Shown here one piece after another: positions 58,801 to 63,372 of a stretch of 63,372 nt of DNA. The DNA is from Bacteroidales bacterium. GTDB taxonomy: Bacteria; Bacteroidota; Bacteroidia; Bacteroidales; UBA1715. Made by a program: the position numbers and the translations under genes. Where the stretch lies: NCBI GenBank assembly GCA_027858745.1, contig JAQICB010000106.1, forward strand, positions 1 to 63,372. Reading direction: 5' to 3'. The notes beneath the pieces were generated by a model. It was not told where the DNA came from, made no database searches, and saw only the letters and a program-made list of their open reading frames with translations. Within the stretch, counting starts at the first letter, position 1; each line of letters begins with the position of its first letter.

Positions 58801-60508
58801 CATTAATTTTCAAGCTCCGTATGCAAAATATGATTTGAATAATCATATAATTGATGCATATAAAGTACCTCATATTGATGTTGCTGATTCTCGAATTTTT
58901 CCTCATCAGGATAGTATTATTCAAATTCGAAAAGAGGCTGATATGAGAACAATTCGAAATGCGACTTTTGTGGCAAACCGAGAAAATCAATATCATAAAA
59001 TTTACGATGCAACATTTAATGTTAATGGTAAACTCGACTACTCCGGTAGTGGTTATTATGATTATATTGACGAAACAAAACAAAAACAAACAGTATTGTT
59101 CTCCTACATTGGTGTTGATAGTGTCTATAGAACATATGCTACCGGACGAATAGCGGAAAGTGATGAGTTTACGCTTTCTCCTAATTATAACTATTATGGT
59201 GATGTGCAGATGAACGCATGGCGTGAGTATCTATCCTTTACCGGAACAGCTCTTATTGTAAATGAGTGTGCTGAAATTGAACCGCATTGGTTCCGATTCG
59301 ATAGTGAAATAAATCCGGATGAAATTTATATCCCAATATCGCAAAAACCGGTATCTCGTAATGATGATACATTAGGTATATCTATTTATATTAATAACAG
59401 ACCAACTCATTTTTATACTGCATTTTTATCGCCTATGAAATCGGAGTATGATGCACGTGTTGTTGATGCGTCGGGGTATTTGTTTTTTGATAAAAATGAT
59501 AGTCGATATAAAATTGGATCGAAAGAGAAAATTCAAAATAATGCTTTACAAGGTAATTTGTTGACCTATCATAAATCATTCTGTACCACATATGGTGAGG
59601 GAGCATTGAATTTTGCAGCAGATCTTGGTCAAGTAAATGTTGATGCCTATGGTACGATAAATCATAATATTCGGTCAAATCGTGTAACAATGGAAACATT
59701 CTTGACCCTTGATTTTATGTTTGATTCGAAAATTTTAGGTTCTGTTGCCGATACTCTTATAAATAGTCCCGTGGTTGCTCAATCTGATGTGAATTCGGAA
59801 TCGTTCAAAAAAGGTATTACCGAAATGTTAGGCGATGAAGCTGCACAAGAAATCCAATCTGAATTGCAGTTGTATGGTGAGATACGAAAATCTCCGGAAG
59901 AATTAGAACGCTCTCTCATATTTTCTGATGTTGATTTTGTGTGGGATACTGTTGCGTCTGCGTATCGTTCTGTGGGACAGTTAGAAATATATAGTATTCT
60001 GGGCAAGGTAATCAACAAGAAAGTTGACGGCTATGTTGAGATTGCAAAATTGTATGCCGGAGATATGTTGACTATCTATTTTAAATTTGGCGAAAAATGG
60101 TTCTTCTTTCATTACGATAGAGAAGCAATGCAATTTGTGTCTTCTGAAAATGATTTCAACCTCGAGCTTGAGGCAGTTAAAGAGAAAGATAGAATAATGA
60201 ATGTCTCTCGTCGTGAGGCACAATACAAATATCATTTATCTTCGGTTGCGGTTAAAAACAACTTTGTGGGCAAATTCGAATCGGGAGAAGGGTATACTAA
60301 TACTGCTCCTCCGCAAATACCTATTCCAGGAGTGCCGGAACCTAGTGCACAAGACGACGATGCTCCACAAACTGACGATGCTCCACAAACAGAAGAGGGA
60401 ACGCCTGAAACTAATATTGAGGGCAGTGGTGAGAGCAATGCCGAAGAAAATGCAGATGAAGGATATGACGATTACGAAGATGATTATGATGATGGAGGAG
60501 ACTGGTAG
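55823..60508 (+). CDS. very large (1561 aa) secreted or envelope protein of unknown function with acidic C-terminal tail
   Basis: The likely start is MVNFKRGTVLFLIFVISLSGFSQ (signal peptide), 5 nt after the prmA stop; the ORF track starts at 55787. I recognise no catalytic or repeat motif. The last ~70 aa are Asp/Glu/Pro-rich. Confidence 0.8.
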   Translation: MVNFKRGTVLFLIFVISLSGFSQVKEFAENRELFFEQLDEVFSNSSKSKELNKFHKDLEKYWESGAVSDEEHKRIVATSNVLLSKHGRAFPHFFHYLTAVRLFFETEHSMPSYYEWDQALQYVVLNKGMNATDRFLQSSIILLQDNKLYESSSSTWRAARLRAFEYSYNEENHEVRITFPPTDLICESAGNEFILYQAAGYYLPFESLWIGESGKVSWERAGFNSEAVFADLSSYEINMKKSNYEADSVSFTNKNYFDEPLLGHLSEKTVHVRDPKSVSYPRFESYQQIFEIQDIYPGINYKGGLSMYGARVIGSGTKENPATLRFERGDSTIVFCRSEDFIFNPKDVIGRNTEISIYIAQDSIYHPGLLFRYNVPKSQLALIRNEDSENLSRALYTNSYHQISMDFPQLTWNINELTMKMGGMEGSSVNKASFESVNYFRAALFNELGMYDRTHPLIALVKMEKQMGSKQFTLIDFSNYLRIQPVAVEQMCLNLFYKGFIDYDVDDKTIEISPKVEKFIRSRMGQIDYDVIRFNSEHDVRDLHNGLLDLSTFDLEMNGVSEIQVSDSQNVIFYPRGSQITMTKNRNFTFDGIIESGLFTYYGRGFDFNYEDFKIGLKNVDSLKIKVRTFKVNEYGIQPLVNIKNAIQNVTGEILIDDPDNKSSVKDFPEYPIFDSKKHSFVYYDYPAIYKGVYEREDFYFKVDPYVIDSINSFSTEGLFFDGEFKSADIFETMREKIVVQQDYSFGFTRVTGAGGYPVYKGKGTFTDTINLSFKGLRGFGRIDYLNTFAESSQGITFFPDSAKGLADKYHIERRSKSQGAEYPEVNGEQINITWMPYEDRWVSEETGKAFKMYGDTTFLTGGLIYTPTGLSGWGRYVFSEAVLNSKEYNFKEKEVLADHSSFDLSSGGKLEDMAFQTENVKTYVNFETKKANFKANDDLTIVKFPQNKYICYLNQFTWDMVTKQIELGDPKALTQDVPAGLHFYSRLMSQDTINFQAPYAKYDLNNHIIDAYKVPHIDVADSRIFPHQDSIIQIRKEADMRTIRNATFVANRENQYHKIYDATFNVNGKLDYSGSGYYDYIDETKQKQTVLFSYIGVDSVYRTYATGRIAESDEFTLSPNYNYYGDVQMNAWREYLSFTGTALIVNECAEIEPHWFRFDSEINPDEIYIPISQKPVSRNDDTLGISIYINNRPTHFYTAFLSPMKSEYDARVVDASGYLFFDKNDSRYKIGSKEKIQNNALQGNLLTYHKSFCTTYGEGALNFAADLGQVNVDAYGTINHNIRSNRVTMETFLTLDFMFDSKILGSVADTLINSPVVAQSDVNSESFKKGITEMLGDEAAQEIQSELQLYGEIRKSPEELERSLIFSDVDFVWDTVASAYRSVGQLEIYSILGKVINKKVDGYVEIAKLYAGDMLTIYFKFGEKWFFFHYDREAMQFVSSENDFNLELEAVKEKDRIMNVSRREAQYKYHLSSVAVKNNFVGKFESGEGYTNTAPPQIPIPGVPEPSAQDDDAPQTDDAPQTEEGTPETNIEGSGESNAEENADEGYDDYEDDYDDGGDW

Positions 60509-60541
60509 AGAATAATTATTTATCAGGACATATAAATGATA

Positions 60542-60590
60542 AAAACCCCACACATGGTTTCAATAAAACAATGTGTGGGGTTTTAATTTA
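60542..60590 (+). terminator. rho-independent terminator after the 1561-aa gene
   Basis: AAAACCCCACACAT / 15-nt loop / ATGTGTGGGGTTTT, followed by a T-rich run. Confidence 0.7.
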
Positions 60591-60656
60591 TTACAGATTC
60601 AATATGCTGTATGGTTTTTTAAATATGTTTGGGCAAGGGTATGTGGCATACTAAGA

Positions 60657-60813
60657 ACCTGAGTTTGATATAATTTTTTAGATTCAGAACGCTTATAAAT
60701 AGTGAGATTTAATTAAAAATAATGAAATAACAGCTCGCTATTATTCAATAATTTGCCTTGATAAACAGCTTTTTATATCAACCTGAACTCGAAAAATTAC
60801 GTCGAACTCAGGT
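60657..60813 (+). mobile_element. MITE-like element, complete copy 7 (157 bp; extra modules X and C, 32-nt GC-rich core deleted)
   Basis: Both TIRs are present. Flanked by the non-palindromic direct repeat TAAGA / TAAGA (60652-60656 and 60814-60818). Confidence 0.85.
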
Positions 60814-60858
60814 TAAGAAGGCGGATGATTTTATTCAATCTGAATTAATAACCTGAGG

Positions 60859-61902
60859 TTAATATCCTTCCTGATTCAGCCATCTTTGGTATTTTCGTGC
60901 ATTTCGTAGATGTTCGGGGTAATTTTTTGCGAATGCATGTAAGCCCGAATAATCGGGTTTTGCACAAAAATAAAGATATGAATGTGTTTCATAGTTTAAC
61001 ACCGCATCAATACTTGTTTTGCTTGGGGTACAAATAGGTCCGGGGGGTAACCCAGTGTATTTGTATGTGTTGTAACGGGAATCTATAGCTGTATGTTTAG
61101 AGCGTATCCGTTTGAGTTCAAAATCACCTATAGCATATTTTACTGTTGGGTCTGCTTGAAGTGGCATATTAATTCGTAATCGGTTGAGGTATACACCTGC
61201 AATTCGCGGTTTCTCGATGTTTTGATTTGTTTCTTGTTCAACAATCGAAGCCAGTGTCGTTACTTCTGTAGGAGTAAGCCCAATTTTTTGTGCTTTCTGT
61301 AATCGTTCGGTATTCCAAAAAATATGATGTTCTTTGTTCATACGTTCAAAAAATTCTCGGGCAGATGTGTTCCAATGGAAAAAATATGTGTCTTGTAAAA
61401 ACATACTGATAATGGTATATCTGCTAAAACCTAAAGAATCAATATATGATTCAGTAGTTAATAGCTTCATTAAGTCATCATATTTAGCCTCAATTAAGGG
61501 GGCTATGTCTTGTATAATGTCGCGTGCAAAACGACTAAACGGTATTTGCAATCGTACACTTTTTCGTTTTCCCGAACGAAATAATAATATGATATCTTTA
61601 TTACTCATATTGTCGTGCAAAGTGTATAATCCCGGGTAAATGTGACTGTCGAGATTGAGGAATTGTGCTAATAATGTAAAGTCGTGTATGTTGCGAACAG
61701 ACACTTCGTCCGAAAGTTTTGTGCTTACCGAATTGAGTGTAGACTGAGAAGGTATCGTGAAATCGTACGTTGATTCTGGTAATGAAATATTCGTCCGAAA
61801 GATTATGGAATAGGTTTTCCACGAAAAAATAATAATCAGAAGGGTGATTATTATAAGAATATATCTAAGGGTTTTTCTGTTCTTTTTTGAATGTCTGTTC
61901 AT
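60859..61902 (-). CDS. mltG: endolytic murein transglycosylase MltG (YceG-like)
   Basis: N-terminal TM anchor starting MNRHSKKNRK (preferred start 61902; the ORF track extends to 62025). YLNRL...PLQADPTV and GLPPGPI motifs. Confidence 0.85.
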   Translation of the reverse strand: MNRHSKKNRKTLRYILIIITLLIIIFSWKTYSIIFRTNISLPESTYDFTIPSQSTLNSVSTKLSDEVSVRNIHDFTLLAQFLNLDSHIYPGLYTLHDNMSNKDIILLFRSGKRKSVRLQIPFSRFARDIIQDIAPLIEAKYDDLMKLLTTESYIDSLGFSRYTIISMFLQDTYFFHWNTSAREFFERMNKEHHIFWNTERLQKAQKIGLTPTEVTTLASIVEQETNQNIEKPRIAGVYLNRLRINMPLQADPTVKYAIGDFELKRIRSKHTAIDSRYNTYKYTGLPPGPICTPSKTSIDAVLNYETHSYLYFCAKPDYSGLHAFAKNYPEHLRNARKYQRWLNQEGY

Positions 61903-62015
61903 ATTAAATAGTTCTTTTTTCTGCAAATATAAAAAATGTTCGTGTATTTCAGTTTTATTTTTTTTGACTATAATAAAACTACTTGTTTTATTATATTTGC
62001 CTAAAACGATAAGAT

Positions 62016-63236
62016 ATGTATCCAATAGATAAAATAAAGAATGATTTTCCGATACTTTCCCAGAAAGTACACAATCATGATTATATATACTTTGACTCGG
62101 CTGCTACAACACAAAAACCTCAGTGTGTTATAGATGCAATTGTGTATTCATACACTCATACAAATAGTAATATTCATCGTGGTATACATACATTAAGTCG
62201 GTTGTCTACTGACATGTATGAAAATGCACGTACGATAGTGCAACAATTTATAAATGCTCCTAAAAAGGAAGAAGTGATTTTTACGAAAGGGGCGACTGAA
62301 TCAATTAATCTTGTTGCCTCATCCTTTGGCGAAATTGCCATACATGAAGGTGATGAAATTATTATTTCAGCTATGGAACATCATTCTAATTTGGTTCCTT
62401 GGCAAATTTTATGTGAAAAAAAACAGGCAAAACTGCGAATTATTCCCTTTACCGACGATGGGGTTCTTGATATGGCGGTCTATCGAGGATTGCTTTCTGA
62501 AAAAACAAAATTAGTTTCGATTGTTCATGTATCCAATACGCTGGGAACAATAAACCCTATAGAGGAAATTATCGACATAGCACATAGTTATGATGTGCCG
62601 GTTTTAGTTGACGGTTCCCAATCTATTCAGCACACACCAATAAATGTGCAAAAAATTGGCTGCGATTTTTTTGTGTTTTCTGGTCATAAAGTGTATGCAC
62701 CCAACGGAATAGGTGTGTTGTGGGCAAAAGAAGAATATTTGGAAAAAATGCCTCCTTATCAAAGTGGGGGTGATATGATAGAAACGGTTACTCTCGAAAA
62801 AACCACATATAATGTGTTGCCTTTTAAATTTGAAGCTGGAACAACAAATTATGTTGGTGCGTATGCCTTATCAGTTGCTTTAGAGTATCTGTCAGAAATT
62901 GGTGTCGCTCGCATAGCTCAACACGAACACGAATTGATGCAGTATGCCTTGCAGAAAATAACAGATATGCAGCATATTCAAATAATTGGCACATCTCTTG
63001 TTAAGGCCGGGGCACTTTCTTTTATGGTAGATAATGCACACCCTGCAGATATCGGTATGATTCTCGACAAACAAGGAATTGCAATACGCACCGGCACACA
63101 TTGTACCGAACCTATTATGCAATTTTACAATATCCCGGGAACGGTACGAATTTCATTTGGTCTTTACAATTCAATTGAAGAAATAGATTATTTCCTTGAA
63201 ACAATTAAAAAAGTTATTCCAATGTTTAATGCATAG
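62016..63236 (+). CDS. sufS: cysteine desulfurase, SufS-like (class V aminotransferase)
   Basis: HHSNLVPWQ, SGHKVYAPNGIGVL (PLP lysine) and RTGTHC active-site Cys loop. Confidence 0.9.
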   Translation: MYPIDKIKNDFPILSQKVHNHDYIYFDSAATTQKPQCVIDAIVYSYTHTNSNIHRGIHTLSRLSTDMYENARTIVQQFINAPKKEEVIFTKGATESINLVASSFGEIAIHEGDEIIISAMEHHSNLVPWQILCEKKQAKLRIIPFTDDGVLDMAVYRGLLSEKTKLVSIVHVSNTLGTINPIEEIIDIAHSYDVPVLVDGSQSIQHTPINVQKIGCDFFVFSGHKVYAPNGIGVLWAKEEYLEKMPPYQSGGDMIETVTLEKTTYNVLPFKFEAGTTNYVGAYALSVALEYLSEIGVARIAQHEHELMQYALQKITDMQHIQIIGTSLVKAGALSFMVDNAHPADIGMILDKQGIAIRTGTHCTEPIMQFYNIPGTVRISFGLYNSIEEIDYFLETIKKVIPMFNA

Positions 63237-63259
63237 TTTTTACATATTATGCTTTATGA

Positions 63260-63372
63260 TTATCCGTGTTTGTACCTAAATTCATTTTTATTACTAACAG
63301 CAGCCACTAAAAGCCTACCAAATAAGGCTTCTTTAAAGTATCTGCGATTGAACTTATAACAGAATTCATCCA
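63260..63372 (-). mobile_element. IS1595-family transposase gene, 3-prime end only (runs off the window)
   Basis: Hand translation of the minus strand: DEFCYKFNRRYFKEALFGRLLVAAVSNKNEFRYKHG*. (L)DEFCYxFNRR is the characteristic C-terminal motif of ISXO2-like/IS1595 transposases. Confidence 0.5.

Noticed and set aside
6987-60813. Whether the dispersed repeats could be a CRISPR array or a tandem-repeat locus
   Set aside because: Copies are kilobases apart in separate intergenic regions, occur in both orientations, have terminal inverted repeats and show no regular spacer structure. No cas genes are present.

Overview
This is an AT-rich, densely coded chromosomal stretch, by eye about one-third G+C. 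It reads as core genome of a Bacteroidota organism, probably Bacteroidales-like. Support for that placement: T9SS C-terminal sorting domains, a DUF4295 gene after rpmB-rpmG, the conserved blocks nusB/DUF1573/yajC/YbbR-like/coaE and nadK/DUF6089-like/uppS/bamA/skp/skp/murI, and folP/DUF1599/BT_3928-like/tpiA/prmA. About 55 protein genes are present and nearly all are recognisable housekeeping or envelope genes. There is also a five-gene phosphorolytic beta-mannan operon (GH5 mannanase, GPH symporter, two GH130 phosphorylases, cellobiose-2-epimerase-like). I saw no rRNA, tRNA, CRISPR array, prophage or recognisable multi-gene defence cassette, and I cannot point to a convincing new multi-gene system. 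The unusual signals are as follows. (1) A mosaic MITE-like repeat with ~34-nt terminal inverted repeats and apparent 5-bp target duplications occupies 7 of about 10 large intergenic gaps, and two sister copies in inverted orientation bracket lspA-dksA-ileS. (2) The GPH sugar symporter of the mannan operon carries a ~295-aa array of Ig/cadherin-like repeats in its TM5-TM6 loop, which should be periplasmic. (3) A 1561-aa secreted protein has no motif I can name and ends in an acidic repeat tail. (4) ridA is frameshifted and a metallophosphoesterase gene is interrupted. (5) A 50-aa DUF4295 gene is missing from the ORF track. (6) An IS1595-like transposase fragment sits at the right edge. All product calls come from motifs read by eye and from remembered family features; no database search was possible, and coordinates of non-coding features may be off by a few nt.
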